Below, in pieces: positions 16,270 through 26,516 of a DNA stretch of 35,129 bases (position 1 is its first letter; every line of letters begins with the position of its first letter). This stretch comes from Candidatus Micrarchaeota archaeon. GTDB taxonomy: Archaea > Micrarchaeota > Micrarchaeia > Micrarchaeales > CABMGC01. The position numbers were made by a program, and so were the translations under genes. The notes below the pieces were generated by a model. It did not search any database. It was not told where the DNA came from and saw only the letters and a list, made by a program, of their open reading frames with translations. The stretch is taken from assembly GCA_027366155.1 (NCBI GenBank), contig DAHXKV010000002.1, positions 1 through 35,129 on the forward strand, read 5' to 3'.

Positions 16270-17868
16270 ATGGAATACAAAAATAAAAAAACAGGATCAA
16301 GAGGAACAGCGTATGTCACATCAAGGCTTGTGCTCAAGTCGCCGTTTTTATCCCTTCCGGCATGGCGCTTCCGCAAGCATTTCCTAAAGAGGAGATTCCG
16401 GTTTGGGAAAGGAATGAACCGACATGCCCTGATTGTCGGCGAGAGTGGCAGTGGCAAGTCCAACGCCTGCCTCTCCATTATTTCCTACCTTCATTCCGAA
16501 GGCTGCAGGATCATGGCCCTGGATCCCAATGGCGATTATCTTTCCATCGCGGACATTATTGGTGCAGACGTGTATGACGCGTCAAGGAGGCCTATAAACA
16601 TAATGGAGACATGGGCCGAAGGCCGGCAGGCCGAAGACGAGATATCCTTGATGCTCTCCAAGCGGCTGAGGTTGGGCTATATCCAATCCTCGCTACTCAG
16701 GCGGTGCATAGGGTATTGCTACTGGGCAGGACGCATGCGTGGAAGAAAGCCCACGTTTGACGACCTCATAGCAACGGCGAATGCATTCCGGAAAAAAGCA
16801 CCGCAAGGCGAGTCCAGGATCCTTGATACTATATTGGGAAGGCTCTACCTGATCTCGTCTGGAAGCCAAGCCTGGGCAGTCGACTTCCAGAAAGCTGTCT
16901 CAAGAAACAGCATCTTCGTGCTATCCGAACTGCGGTCTGAGGAGTCGCAGTCGGTATACATGGAAGGGATATTGCGCAAGCTCTATGCCGCAATGCTCTC
17001 CGGCAGGCTGCACAGGCCCACCTGCCTCGTCATAGACGAAGCGAGGAAGGTTGCAGGCAGTCCCGCACTGGGAAGGCTTTTTGCAGAAGGCAGGAAGTAC
17101 GGGCTCGGAATAATAACAGTCTCACAGAGGGCAAGCAATCTCGACGAGAACGTACTAAGCAACTCCTCTCTGCTTCTCGCATTCTACCAGCGCGAGCCGC
17201 GCGAGATGGAATACATCTCGAGATACATCTCCGGAGGCAGCGAGATGGGCAGGATTGCAGAGGTGCGCAGGAGAATAAGGAACCTGCGAAAAGGCGAGGC
17301 TGTAGCCCTGGACTCCCAAGCCGGAGAGCCGTTCACGCTAATGTTCTCCAGGTTCAACGGAAACGCGACGAGCTTGGAGCATCTTATAGGAAAGGTTTCA
17401 CTGTCAGGTTCCACCGAGCCATCCATATACAATCATGCATTAAGGGCAGGTTTCAGTCATGCAGAAACCAAAGCCAGACTGGAATGCCTGCTTGCGGAGG
17501 GAAGAATCGGCAAGCATGAAATAAGATCCGGGAGGCTGAGAGGCACATGGTACGTCTCATACTTCAGAAACAGCCCGGAGCACGATCTTTTCGTGCGCCT
17601 AATAAGCAAAAAACTCACGCTCCTCGGGATAGAGAATGAGGTAGGAAACGGAAGCCGTGGGCCTGATGTGATAGCCAACATCTCCGGAAAGAGCGTAGCC
17701 ATCGAGTATGAGACGGGAAGCAAGAACCCCGAAGACACGATAAGAATGATAGAATCGAGGGTGCGGAGCTATGGTACTGTCATAGTGGTTGCGCCAGAAG
17801 CCGTTCTTGGCAGGTACAAATCCATAAATGGGGTTTCATGCATCTCAGACGCTGAGGCCTTTGAGTAA
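16270..17868 (+). CDS. HerA/FtsK-superfamily (DUF87-like) ATPase with C-terminal PD-(D/E)xK-like domain
   Basis: HALIVGESGSGKS (Walker A), LDPNGDY, VIDEA (Walker B), EGRKYG...VSQR. C-terminal H...GPDVIA...VAIEYETG. Confidence 0.85.
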   Translation: MEYKNKKTGSRGTAYVTSRLVLKSPFLSLPAWRFRKHFLKRRFRFGKGMNRHALIVGESGSGKSNACLSIISYLHSEGCRIMALDPNGDYLSIADIIGADVYDASRRPINIMETWAEGRQAEDEISLMLSKRLRLGYIQSSLLRRCIGYCYWAGRMRGRKPTFDDLIATANAFRKKAPQGESRILDTILGRLYLISSGSQAWAVDFQKAVSRNSIFVLSELRSEESQSVYMEGILRKLYAAMLSGRLHRPTCLVIDEARKVAGSPALGRLFAEGRKYGLGIITVSQRASNLDENVLSNSSLLLAFYQREPREMEYISRYISGGSEMGRIAEVRRRIRNLRKGEAVALDSQAGEPFTLMFSRFNGNATSLEHLIGKVSLSGSTEPSIYNHALRAGFSHAETKARLECLLAEGRIGKHEIRSGRLRGTWYVSYFRNSPEHDLFVRLISKKLTLLGIENEVGNGSRGPDVIANISGKSVAIEYETGSKNPEDTIRMIESRVRSYGTVIVVAPEAVLGRYKSINGVSCISDAEAFE

Positions 17869-17870
17869 GC

Positions 17871-18353
17871 TCAATGCCCAGGAGGCCTGCCTTTTGCTAT
17901 GTGTGTGAGCCTAACCTCATTCACCTTCTCCATCCTTGCGTCATATACAAATTCCATGCTGAACCTGTATCCCAGGAGGAGAAGCGGGAGCCAATACTTG
18001 TCGTCGTCCCACATCCTCTCGTAAGGAATCTTCTCGTATTGGAACCACCGTACCTCCCCCTCCTCCCCCGAGCTCGGCACGCCACTGAATTTATCAACTA
18101 CAAAAAGATACGCGTCTCCAAACTTCCGTGCCCTGCTCCCCCTGTAAAAGTCTATCCTGCCCCATCTCTCTATGCCGCTCGGCACTATTCCCGATTCCTC
18201 CTTCACTTCCCTAACTGCACTCTCCTCCGGACTCTCGCCCTTCTCTATCTTACCGCCCAAACCATTCCATTTTCCGATGCTTATGCCCCTAGTGGCCAAT
18301 TTCAGGAGCAGCCTCCTACCGGAAACAACCTCGCACAAAGTCCAGAGCACCAT
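17871..18353 (-). CDS. Nudix hydrolase, 8-oxo-dGTP diphosphatase (MTH1/MutT-like)
   Basis: KWNGLGGKIEKGESPEESAVREVKEESG Nudix box and IPYERMWDDD. Confidence 0.9.
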   Translation of the reverse strand: MVLWTLCEVVSGRRLLLKLATRGISIGKWNGLGGKIEKGESPEESAVREVKEESGIVPSGIERWGRIDFYRGSRARKFGDAYLFVVDKFSGVPSSGEEGEVRWFQYEKIPYERMWDDDKYWLPLLLLGYRFSMEFVYDARMEKVNEVRLTHIAKGRPPGH

Positions 18354-18411
18354 GCAATTACGATATCCCGAAGAAGGCAGATTTTTTATTACCAATGCAC
18401 TACATCAATAC

Positions 18412-19215
18412 ATGGAATACATGGGGCTTGGGAAAACAGGCGAAAAAATACCAGTAATAGGTATGGGCACATGGAAACTGGCAGGCGGAAAGGAATGCAT
18501 CGAAGCACTCAGAAGGGGTACAGAACTGGGCGGAAATTTCATAGACACTGCAGAAATGTACGGCACTGAAAGCACTGTCGCCCTCGCGCTAAAAGATGGT
18601 GCTGATGCATTTGTGGCTACGAAAGTCTCTCCAAACCATCTCCGCCATGACGAAGTCATAAAGGCCTGCGACCGCAGCCTAAAGGCCCTCGGCATAAAGA
18701 CCATAGACCTTTACCAGATCCACTGGCCCAACCCCAGCATACCCATAAGGGAGACCATCTCGGCAATGGAAACGCTTGTGGCTGCCGGCAAGATACGCCA
18801 CATTGGCGTAAGCAACTTTTCGAGGGAGGAGCTGGCAGAGGCACAGTCGGCCGCAAAGCGCAATGAGATCGTCTCAAACCAAATAGAGTACAGCGTCTTC
18901 GAGAGAAATCCTGAAAAATCCCTTTTTGCCTATTGCAGAAAGGAGAAAATAAGCATTATAGCATACAGTCCTCTGGGCCAGGGACTGCTCTACTCCCAGA
19001 GAAGCAGCGGCGCACTGGAAGCGCTTGCCGAAATAGGCCGGAACCATGGGAAATCGGCAGGGCAGGTCGCGCTCAACTGGCTTATCGGAAAGGGCAACGT
19101 CTTGGCCATACCAAAGTCTGGCAGCAGAGCACACGTCGAAGAGAACATGGGCTCTGCCGGATGGAGGCTCTCCGAGAGCGAGGTAGCTGCGGTTGATCGC
19201 ATATCACAATATTAA
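18412..19215 (+). CDS. Aldo/keto reductase
   Basis: IGMGTW, DTAEMYG, ATKV, IDLYQIHWP, IGVSNF, AYSPLG, IPKS. Confidence 0.95.
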   Translation: MEYMGLGKTGEKIPVIGMGTWKLAGGKECIEALRRGTELGGNFIDTAEMYGTESTVALALKDGADAFVATKVSPNHLRHDEVIKACDRSLKALGIKTIDLYQIHWPNPSIPIRETISAMETLVAAGKIRHIGVSNFSREELAEAQSAAKRNEIVSNQIEYSVFERNPEKSLFAYCRKEKISIIAYSPLGQGLLYSQRSSGALEALAEIGRNHGKSAGQVALNWLIGKGNVLAIPKSGSRAHVEENMGSAGWRLSESEVAAVDRISQY

Positions 19216-19314
19216 TTGGTGCAGGGACTCACCAGGTACCCCGGCAGCCGCACCGCGCCGCATGCAATCTTTTATAATAATGCTAGTCCAAATAAGTCCA
19301 GAATCTGTGTAAAT

Positions 19315-20070
19315 ATGGCTTCACTCAAACTAAACATACTCGTATACCTGACACTCATTCTCGTCGTGCTTGCCGGAGGCACGATAGGTACCTACTTTAT
19401 CGGCAAATACTACAACGGGTTCAATGTCCCCATACGCACGCCACTCGAGGCCGCATACTTCACTGTGATAACCGTAACCACTGTAGGCTACGGCGACATA
19501 GTTCCCGTATCTAACTCGGCAAGGATATTCGTCATGGCTCTAATACTCTCTGGAATCGGAGTGCTAATCAGCGCCGTAACGCTGATATCCAACGAGTTTG
19601 TCAACGCGAGGGTTGCAAGGATAACCGGAAGCCTGAACCCTTTTGAGAAGCGGATGCTTAAGAACCACATAGTGCTCGTGGGCACCGACTCAGTAAACAT
19701 GTCGCTGATGGTGAAGCTGAAGGAAAAGAATGCAAGGTTCATCGCGCTGAGCTCAAACCAGGAATTTGTCAGCGAGCTCAGGGAATCAGGCATAAAGGCA
19801 TTTTACGTAGACGAGACGAACGAGGAGCAGATGAAGTCGTTTGAGCTTTCCAAGGCCAAATCCATAATAATCGACATGCGCGACAAGTCGCACATGGTCT
19901 ATGCGATACTTCTCATAAGGACGCTTGCAGAGAAATCGAAGATGGTCGTCATAGCACACAACAAGGAGGAAGAGACGCATATGAGGAGCATGGGCGCCGG
20001 GATAGGCATACTCAATCCCTTCGAGATGGCCTCCAACGTGCTCATGCAGAAGCTCGAAGAACTGAAGTAA
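19315..20070 (+). CDS. 2TM potassium channel with C-terminal RCK/KTN domain
   Basis: TTVGYGD selectivity filter flanked by TM helices; Rossmann-like domain starting NHIVLVG. Confidence 0.92.
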   Translation: MASLKLNILVYLTLILVVLAGGTIGTYFIGKYYNGFNVPIRTPLEAAYFTVITVTTVGYGDIVPVSNSARIFVMALILSGIGVLISAVTLISNEFVNARVARITGSLNPFEKRMLKNHIVLVGTDSVNMSLMVKLKEKNARFIALSSNQEFVSELRESGIKAFYVDETNEEQMKSFELSKAKSIIIDMRDKSHMVYAILLIRTLAEKSKMVVIAHNKEEETHMRSMGAGIGILNPFEMASNVLMQKLEELK

Positions 20071-20094
20071 TTCTCAGGCCAGTTAGATGTATAA

Positions 20095-21195
20095 ATGTCT
20101 GTGATAATGCTAAATGTAAATCCAAACCGCCCCGACTTATCAAAGATAAGGCTGGCCGCTAAGGCGATAAAAAGCGGAAAGCTGGTTGTCTTTCCTACTG
20201 AAACCGTTTATGGCATAGGTGCAAACGCGCTTGACGGAAAGGCCTGCATGAAGATATTTCGAGTCAAGGGCAGGCCGCAGGACAACCCACTGATAGTCCA
20301 TGTCTCAAGCATGGAGATGGCCGAGAGGATTGCGGAGATACCTCCAAAGTACAGAAAACAAATAATGGCTTTATGGCCAGGTCCACTTACCCTAATCCTC
20401 AAGGCGAAGGCCGGAATACCTAAAGAAGTCACCGCAGGCCTGCCTACTGTTGCGGTGCGGTTCCCCAGCAACCTCGTCGCGCTTGCACTCATCAAGGCAG
20501 CTGGCGTACCGATAGCCGCACCAAGCGCAAACGTCTCGAAAAGGCCCTCGGCGACCGAGGCTTCCCATGCAGCATCTTACTTCCGCAAGGGTGTTGCCTA
20601 CATAATCGACTCAGGCATCTCCTCGTTCGGCATAGAATCCACGATTCTCGACCTCTCGGGCTTTAGGATACTGCGCCCTGGCGCAATGACTGTTGAGCAG
20701 ATTTCCTCCGCATTCATGAAAAGGCCTATCCTCTCTCCTGAAGCCACCGCGAAGGGCGTTAAAGGAAAGCCGATAAGCCCCGGAATGAAATACCTCCACT
20801 ACTCCCCTGAAAAGCCTCTTTTGCTCTTCACTGGAAACCGTGCTGAGCTTGCCAAGATATTCAAAAGGCACGGCAACGATGCCGCCTTCATTGGCAGTGA
20901 GGAATCCTGCATGGCACTGGGAGACCTCGTGAAAAACAAGCTCGTCCTTGGAAGAAGAAACGACCAGCGAATGGCAGCCAGGAACCTTTTCAGGTACCTG
21001 ATAAAGCTGGACAGCCTGGATGTCAATTTTGGGATAGCCGAAGCCGTGCCGGAGAATGGCCTTGGAACTGCAGTAATGAACAGGCTCAGAAAAGCCTCCG
21101 GCAACAGGGAGTGCGCAAGTGCATATGAGGCGGAAAGGTTCATCCAAAAAATCAAGGCGCCCAAAATGCGTCACAAAGCGAAGTCCAGCCATTGA
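20095..21195 (+). CDS. sua5: Threonylcarbamoyl-AMP synthase (Sua5)
   Basis: FPTETVYG, KGRPQDNPLIVH, PSANVS, SPGMKYLHYSP, MNRLRKAS. Confidence 0.96.
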   Translation: MSVIMLNVNPNRPDLSKIRLAAKAIKSGKLVVFPTETVYGIGANALDGKACMKIFRVKGRPQDNPLIVHVSSMEMAERIAEIPPKYRKQIMALWPGPLTLILKAKAGIPKEVTAGLPTVAVRFPSNLVALALIKAAGVPIAAPSANVSKRPSATEASHAASYFRKGVAYIIDSGISSFGIESTILDLSGFRILRPGAMTVEQISSAFMKRPILSPEATAKGVKGKPISPGMKYLHYSPEKPLLLFTGNRAELAKIFKRHGNDAAFIGSEESCMALGDLVKNKLVLGRRNDQRMAARNLFRYLIKLDSLDVNFGIAEAVPENGLGTAVMNRLRKASGNRECASAYEAERFIQKIKAPKMRHKAKSSH

Positions 21196-21229
21196 ATATA
21201 AACTCTCGCTTCCCTATCCTCTCGATTTC

Positions 21230-22462
21230 ATGCTCTCGTTTACCAAGAGGAGCGAATACGTAAAAAACCCCATACTGGAGATGGACGCACTTGCGGCGGA
21301 GCTCTCCAGAAAAGGCAGGGACGTGATAAAGCTCAACCGAGGAGACCCTCCATTATACTTCAAGACACCCACTTACATGATAGAGGCATACATAGAGGCG
21401 CTCAAGGAAAACATGACCAATTATTCCAGCGCCTCGGGCACCGCCGAACTCAAGGAAGCAGTCTCCAGGCGCTACAAGCGGATGTACGGCGTAAGCGTCG
21501 ACCATGCAGGCGTAATAGCGACTGCCGGGGTTACGGAGGCCCTCTCATTCATAAACCACTCGATGATAGAAAAAGGCGACTCTGCAATACTCTTCAGGCC
21601 GCACTACCCGCAATACCTGCCCAGGCTCATGTCTGAAAACGGCACACCTGTCTACTGCGACCAGCTGATGGGGCAGGACTGGGACGTGCATCTGGAAGGT
21701 TTCGAACTGAAGATCGCTTCGCTTAAGCGTAGCGGGAGGATAAAGCATGTGAAGTACGTGATTGTAACAAACCCCTGCAATCCCACTGGCAAGACCATTC
21801 CGCGCAAGACGCTTGCGCGCATCGCCGAACTCTCCAACGAGAACAACCTGCTCATAATAAGCGATGAGATATACGACGAGATTGTATACCACGGGGCAAA
21901 GTTCACAAGCATGTCCGAAGCTGCCGTAGGAATACCACACATCCTGCTCAATGGGAGCTCAAAGAACTATGACTCTACTGGTTTCAGGGTAGGCTTTATC
22001 GTCATTCCCGGTGACGACAAAACCTCAATGAGCCTAAAGGAGAAATTCACCGACTACGCCCTTACGCGGCTCTCGATAAACACACCTGCGCAGCATGCGG
22101 TCGCCGAGGGCATAAACAACGTGAAGGAGCACAGGAAAGCAATGAAGGCGATGGTGAAAGGAATGCAGGAGCGCGCCGAAACGACGGTCAGGGCAATACG
22201 CGGGAACAGGCACCTTGACGTGGTCATGCCCGACAGCACCTTCTATGTATTTCCGAGGATCAGGCTCTCCGGGCTGGACTTCAGGACCGGGGACGAGTTC
22301 GTCAAATCCGCGCTTCTCGAGGAAGGGGTGCAGCTGACCCGCGGATCAGCGTTCGGTGCGCCATCCAACTTCCGTATAGTCGCGCTGCCCGGCAAGGAAG
22401 TCCTCGAAGAAGCCATGTCAAGGATAAACCGCATGTGCGCCAGGCACTCCAGAACGCCTTAA
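21230..22462 (+). CDS. Class I/II PLP-dependent aminotransferase
   Basis: LNRGDP, NPCNPTG, SDEIY, SSKNY...GFRVG. Confidence 0.93.
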   Translation: MLSFTKRSEYVKNPILEMDALAAELSRKGRDVIKLNRGDPPLYFKTPTYMIEAYIEALKENMTNYSSASGTAELKEAVSRRYKRMYGVSVDHAGVIATAGVTEALSFINHSMIEKGDSAILFRPHYPQYLPRLMSENGTPVYCDQLMGQDWDVHLEGFELKIASLKRSGRIKHVKYVIVTNPCNPTGKTIPRKTLARIAELSNENNLLIISDEIYDEIVYHGAKFTSMSEAAVGIPHILLNGSSKNYDSTGFRVGFIVIPGDDKTSMSLKEKFTDYALTRLSINTPAQHAVAEGINNVKEHRKAMKAMVKGMQERAETTVRAIRGNRHLDVVMPDSTFYVFPRIRLSGLDFRTGDEFVKSALLEEGVQLTRGSAFGAPSNFRIVALPGKEVLEEAMSRINRMCARHSRTP

Positions 22463-22526
22463 CTGCCTCCGGAGGCCACTTATCCAAATTAATATATATC
22501 TGGAAAGGGCCAGTAAAGCTGATAAT

Positions 22527-23516
22527 ATGCCTATTTCCAAAACTCGGAGCGCATCTATTGCTTCCGCTGCAGCAGTTTCTGGATTCCTTCTGATGCATTC
22601 CGAACAGGCAAGGGCAATACCCTGGAACCTCCCCGAACAAGCTGGGTATTTTCAGGCATACAAAAAAATCAAGCCGCTCGAAAGGGACATGCAGAAAAAC
22701 AATTCTACAAAACTAGGCAACCTCGCAAGGCAAAAGGGCTGGCAGAGCATAACACTGGAAATAACGCTGAAGCCAAAGTCCCCTCCATTCTATCCTTACA
22801 ATCTCATAGAAAGGGACATAACTGCAGTAAATGCGCATGGCAAAACGGTAGACGTCAATTATCCCGGGCTGGTATACGACAGAACAACGCCCCTGCTTCC
22901 AAAGGGGTACAGGCTTCCAAAAGCCTCGGGGAGCATAATTGACGCAAGGATATACAAGACATACTGTGCTACTGAAAACAATTACATTATCACGTTGGCC
23001 GCAAGGCTTCCAAAAGACACAAACATGACGGTGCTGGGCATAACTCCTCTGGGAAAGCTTCCAGGAGGCTACACTGCGCTAAGCCCTGGAAACTTCACCA
23101 ATCTCTTTGGCGCAGCTGCCTACAACTACATGCTGCATGCAGACAGTCCGAACGTAGGGCCAAACGGCCTCGGACGGATTCCTGCAGGAGCCAAGTTCTC
23201 CGCAGAAAGATGTGGCGCACCAGAGAAAGCCCAGCCACTCGCAACGCCTATCGTGGAAAGCCATGGCATCGTATCCATTCCTCTTCCTCCAACACAATCA
23301 TCTCCAATCGGCATAGCGCCACCGGCCCCATTGCTCCCGCAGCCGATAAACGGGGCTACGGTGCACAACGAGCAGCTTCCGACGCCGCTGTTCATAACCC
23401 CAATGGAGACGCCCGCACTGCCTTCAACTCCCTCTCCGGTAAACAGGGATCCTTCCAAGGTCGGGCATGCGGTGGACGAAAGGCTTAACTCCATTCTCAA
23501 GGGGCTGGCAAGGTAA
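22527..23516 (+). CDS. Hypothetical secreted protein with Pro-rich C-terminus
   Basis: Signal-like N-terminus ending ARA-IP; TTAATATATA box upstream. Confidence 0.65.
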   Translation: MPISKTRSASIASAAAVSGFLLMHSEQARAIPWNLPEQAGYFQAYKKIKPLERDMQKNNSTKLGNLARQKGWQSITLEITLKPKSPPFYPYNLIERDITAVNAHGKTVDVNYPGLVYDRTTPLLPKGYRLPKASGSIIDARIYKTYCATENNYIITLAARLPKDTNMTVLGITPLGKLPGGYTALSPGNFTNLFGAAAYNYMLHADSPNVGPNGLGRIPAGAKFSAERCGAPEKAQPLATPIVESHGIVSIPLPPTQSSPIGIAPPAPLLPQPINGATVHNEQLPTPLFITPMETPALPSTPSPVNRDPSKVGHAVDERLNSILKGLAR

Positions 23517-23535
23517 TTTAAAGAAGAGTGGTGTA

Positions 23536-24702
23536 TCAGGCCTTCCTGCTTCTCATCAGCAACCATGTCCTTTTCTCAGCCTTCTTTCCTGCGTAAGCCT
23601 CGCTCAGGAGCGCCCTGAACGTAAGATACAATATAATCGCGGCAAAGGCTACGAAGGCAAGTGAGACCTGCCCTATCCCCATTCCCGTTACCAGATAGCC
23701 GATTCCGCCTGCAATGCTTATGAAAGCGAAGAGCGGAGGTATGGCCGGCAGCGGCTTCTTGTATATCTTGAGAAGGAGCATTGTCAGCACTATCCCTAGT
23801 ACTCCCCCAAGGATTATTATCCATGCAAACGTATAATTCGTATAAGTGTAATAGGCGCTTATCGCGGCCATGAGGGGCAGGCTCAGGTCTCCTTCGCCAA
23901 GTGAGACCTGTGAGACCACAGGCAGCTTTCCCTCCTTTATTATCCTGTTGAATTCAGGTTTCTCGGCTTCGTGAGACCTTATAAGGTATTCCTCATAGCT
24001 GTCCTCCTCCTTCTTCCCAAAATAGCCTCGTGGTATGGCCTCTATGTCCGCAACGCTTATCAGAAAGGCTATGTTCATGGAGATGAGCGCCTTGTCGAAG
24101 CTTACTATTACCTTGGTCATGAAAATGCTTATGTAATCGTAAACTGCAACTATGGCAAGTATGGCCATGGCATACAGGAAAGGAAAGCTTATTCCGAGGA
24201 GTATGCCCACGCCTATGCTGGACATCATCGTTGCCAGATCCTTTGCCCGCGGATGCAGTTCCTTGAACGCCATGAGGAATATGGCAGATATTATCGAGAA
24301 TGCATAGACTAGATCTGCGCCTGGAGTCACGGGCAGCGAGATTGCATACCCGACCTTTCCCGGAAGGGAGATCACGCCACCGACGTTTCCCGGTATTATC
24401 AGGTTATAAAACACAAGGAAGACGAAAAACGAGGTGAATCCTACGACGATAAATTCGAGTATCCTGAAGAATACGGTCTTGCTATGGTGCCTCCGCAGTG
24501 CAATCATGAGGAGCGTGCCAAATATCGCCAAATCTATTATATATGCAAAATCGGTAAACTGCGGGCTGAGCAGGCTGCTGTTTATTATGGATACCTTTGA
24601 GGTTACTATTGCCCCATAAGCCATGGAAAATCCGACGCCCATGACTATGCAGAACAGGAGTATTATTTCCGCTATTCCCCTGGTGCTTACTATCTTTATC
24701 AT
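23536..24702 (-). CDS. Presenilin-family GxGD intramembrane aspartyl protease
   Basis: Multiple TM helices, AVYD, LGEGD, PLPAIPP. Confidence 0.9.
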   Translation of the reverse strand: MIKIVSTRGIAEIILLFCIVMGVGFSMAYGAIVTSKVSIINSSLLSPQFTDFAYIIDLAIFGTLLMIALRRHHSKTVFFRILEFIVVGFTSFFVFLVFYNLIIPGNVGGVISLPGKVGYAISLPVTPGADLVYAFSIISAIFLMAFKELHPRAKDLATMMSSIGVGILLGISFPFLYAMAILAIVAVYDYISIFMTKVIVSFDKALISMNIAFLISVADIEAIPRGYFGKKEEDSYEEYLIRSHEAEKPEFNRIIKEGKLPVVSQVSLGEGDLSLPLMAAISAYYTYTNYTFAWIIILGGVLGIVLTMLLLKIYKKPLPAIPPLFAFISIAGGIGYLVTGMGIGQVSLAFVAFAAIILYLTFRALLSEAYAGKKAEKRTWLLMRSRKA

Positions 24703-24772
24703 AGCAAATCCTTCTGCCGCCGATACCTATAGGTTAGCAATGTTTTATAAACTTATATTGTGAGATATAACG

Positions 24773-24819
24773 CAAATGTATCTTTACAAATGCATCTTTA
24801 CAAATGTATTTTTACATTT
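24773..24819. repeat. Three tandem 14 bp repeats (CAAATGYATYTTTA), the last extending into an inverted repeat
   Basis: CAAATGTATCTTTA / CAAATGCATCTTTA / CAAATGTATTTTTA; AAATGTA-TTTT-TACATTT at 24802-24819. Confidence 0.85.
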
Positions 24820-24856
24820 CACGTTGCCAATTAATTGTATGAAATAACGGGATTGA

Positions 24857-26509
24857 ATGAATATGAACTTTCGCGTATTGTTTGGAATAGCAATTGTCTC
24901 CGCAGTCATGGTGCCCGGACTCATGGCCTCTTCAAATGCAAGTGTGCTCAGTTCAGCATACGCATATGCAGACTGCAAGGCTGTGTTTGCAACAGGCTAC
25001 GCCTCATACGCTGCTTCTCTGGGGGGCAATCTTTCCACCATCGGAAAAGAAGGCGCCTTCTTGGGGTCAGATGCCTCAGAGCTGGGCAGCATAGCATCAA
25101 GCGGAAATTCATCTGCTTTCTCCGCATACCTTCATGGCAGCTTCGATCCAGAACTCAATTCATTATCCCATAACCTAACTTCTACTGTAAGGTCATCAGA
25201 TCTTAACGCCACGGAGATGGCAAAGCTGCGCGCATACTACAATTCAAGCCTGACTGCATATGCAGCATGTGCATCCAATGCCACAGAAGCATTCGGCTCA
25301 AGGATACTCCTGCGTTACAACAAATCGATAAGCGAGATGTCTGACACCATATCCGCGCTCAATTCAAAGGGGATAAACACAACAAACTTGACTGTTCTGG
25401 TACAGGGTGCAAAGACAGAGATAATTGCGCCTCTCTCTTCCGGCCTTGCCTCTGCCAAAAACCTCTCGCAGGCAAAGACGGTTGTCTCAGAATACTGCCT
25501 CTTCAATGGCTGCGCCAACGGCACAAACATGCACCTGGCCGCAAGGTTCACCCTAGAGAAACTAACGCTGGAGCTCTCATACCTTGAGTCCAAGTCAAAC
25601 TCAAGCTCCACAAACACCGGATTCGCCGAGGCAAGCTCAAACCTCACGATAGCATCACAGGTCCTCGCAAGCGTGGGCACTGCTGCATATTCCGGAAATC
25701 AGAGCGCAGAAATATGGTCAAGCCTAAACCGGGCATCAGCAAGAATGCGCTTCGGAGAGACACGCGAAGCGGCAGAGGTAAAAATCTCGGAAATAGACCA
25801 GAACCTGCACGCATACCACGGAATTGAAGAGTCCCTTGCGGCAAGGGGGCTAAACACCACGCAGATAAATTCCACGCTTGCCGGTGCAGAATCCGAAGTC
25901 ATCGGCCCGCTCTCAGCCACGGTCAATGCCTCCGCCAACGCAAGCCAGATACGCTCTGCATTTGGATCATACTGTATAAGCGACGGATGCCCTGACGGAA
26001 TAAACTTCCACATAACCACAAGGCTGGAGGCTGAAGCCATCAATGCGACGTTTGCAAGGTATATATCAAGGGCCAATTTAAGCGCCATTAATCAGAGCCT
26101 TATTACGTCATTCCATAATTACTATTCTACGGCAGAATCGGAGATAGCCGATGCCGGAACCTCCCAGATACAGGCAAACGAGACAGTCGCAATAAGCGCC
26201 TACCTGAAGAATGCATCCAATGATCTTACCCGGATACAGCATGAGCATGAAGGAAGGGACACCCACACTAACGAGTCTGCAACGGCAGTCAAGCACGAAA
26301 ACGAGTCTGCAACAAATCAGGGCAACGCATCTGCTGTTGGCCCCTCTGCGGTGGCCCATTCAAGCGCCAGACAAAATACGGAAGGGCAGAATGCCAGCAT
26401 TTCTTCAAACTCTAATATCGGGGTAAATACTTCTGTGGTTGGAACAGGAGGCTCGAGCTCGATCTCTGTGGACGGAGAAGCAAAGACCTCGGCCCACAAT
26501 GGCTCTTAA
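24857..26509 (+). CDS. Secreted, probably N-glycosylated helical protein with two internal repeats
   Basis: Signal peptide; many NxS/T sequons; repeats GINTT...EYCLFNGCANGTNMH and GLNTT...SYCISDGCPDGINFH. Confidence 0.85.
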   Translation: MNMNFRVLFGIAIVSAVMVPGLMASSNASVLSSAYAYADCKAVFATGYASYAASLGGNLSTIGKEGAFLGSDASELGSIASSGNSSAFSAYLHGSFDPELNSLSHNLTSTVRSSDLNATEMAKLRAYYNSSLTAYAACASNATEAFGSRILLRYNKSISEMSDTISALNSKGINTTNLTVLVQGAKTEIIAPLSSGLASAKNLSQAKTVVSEYCLFNGCANGTNMHLAARFTLEKLTLELSYLESKSNSSSTNTGFAEASSNLTIASQVLASVGTAAYSGNQSAEIWSSLNRASARMRFGETREAAEVKISEIDQNLHAYHGIEESLAARGLNTTQINSTLAGAESEVIGPLSATVNASANASQIRSAFGSYCISDGCPDGINFHITTRLEAEAINATFARYISRANLSAINQSLITSFHNYYSTAESEIADAGTSQIQANETVAISAYLKNASNDLTRIQHEHEGRDTHTNESATAVKHENESATNQGNASAVGPSAVAHSSARQNTEGQNASISSNSNIGVNTSVVGTGGSSSISVDGEAKTSAHNGS

Positions 26510-26516
26510 TGGTGTA

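Noticed and set aside
16197-16478. N-terminal extension of the 343 aa minus ORF overlapping the ATPase gene
   Set aside because: A TATA box sits about 30 bp before ATG 16196, and the extension is antisense to the ATPase start. Similar over-long starts were trimmed for speB, nfo, the Nudix gene, the aldo/keto reductase, the K+ channel and the aminotransferase.
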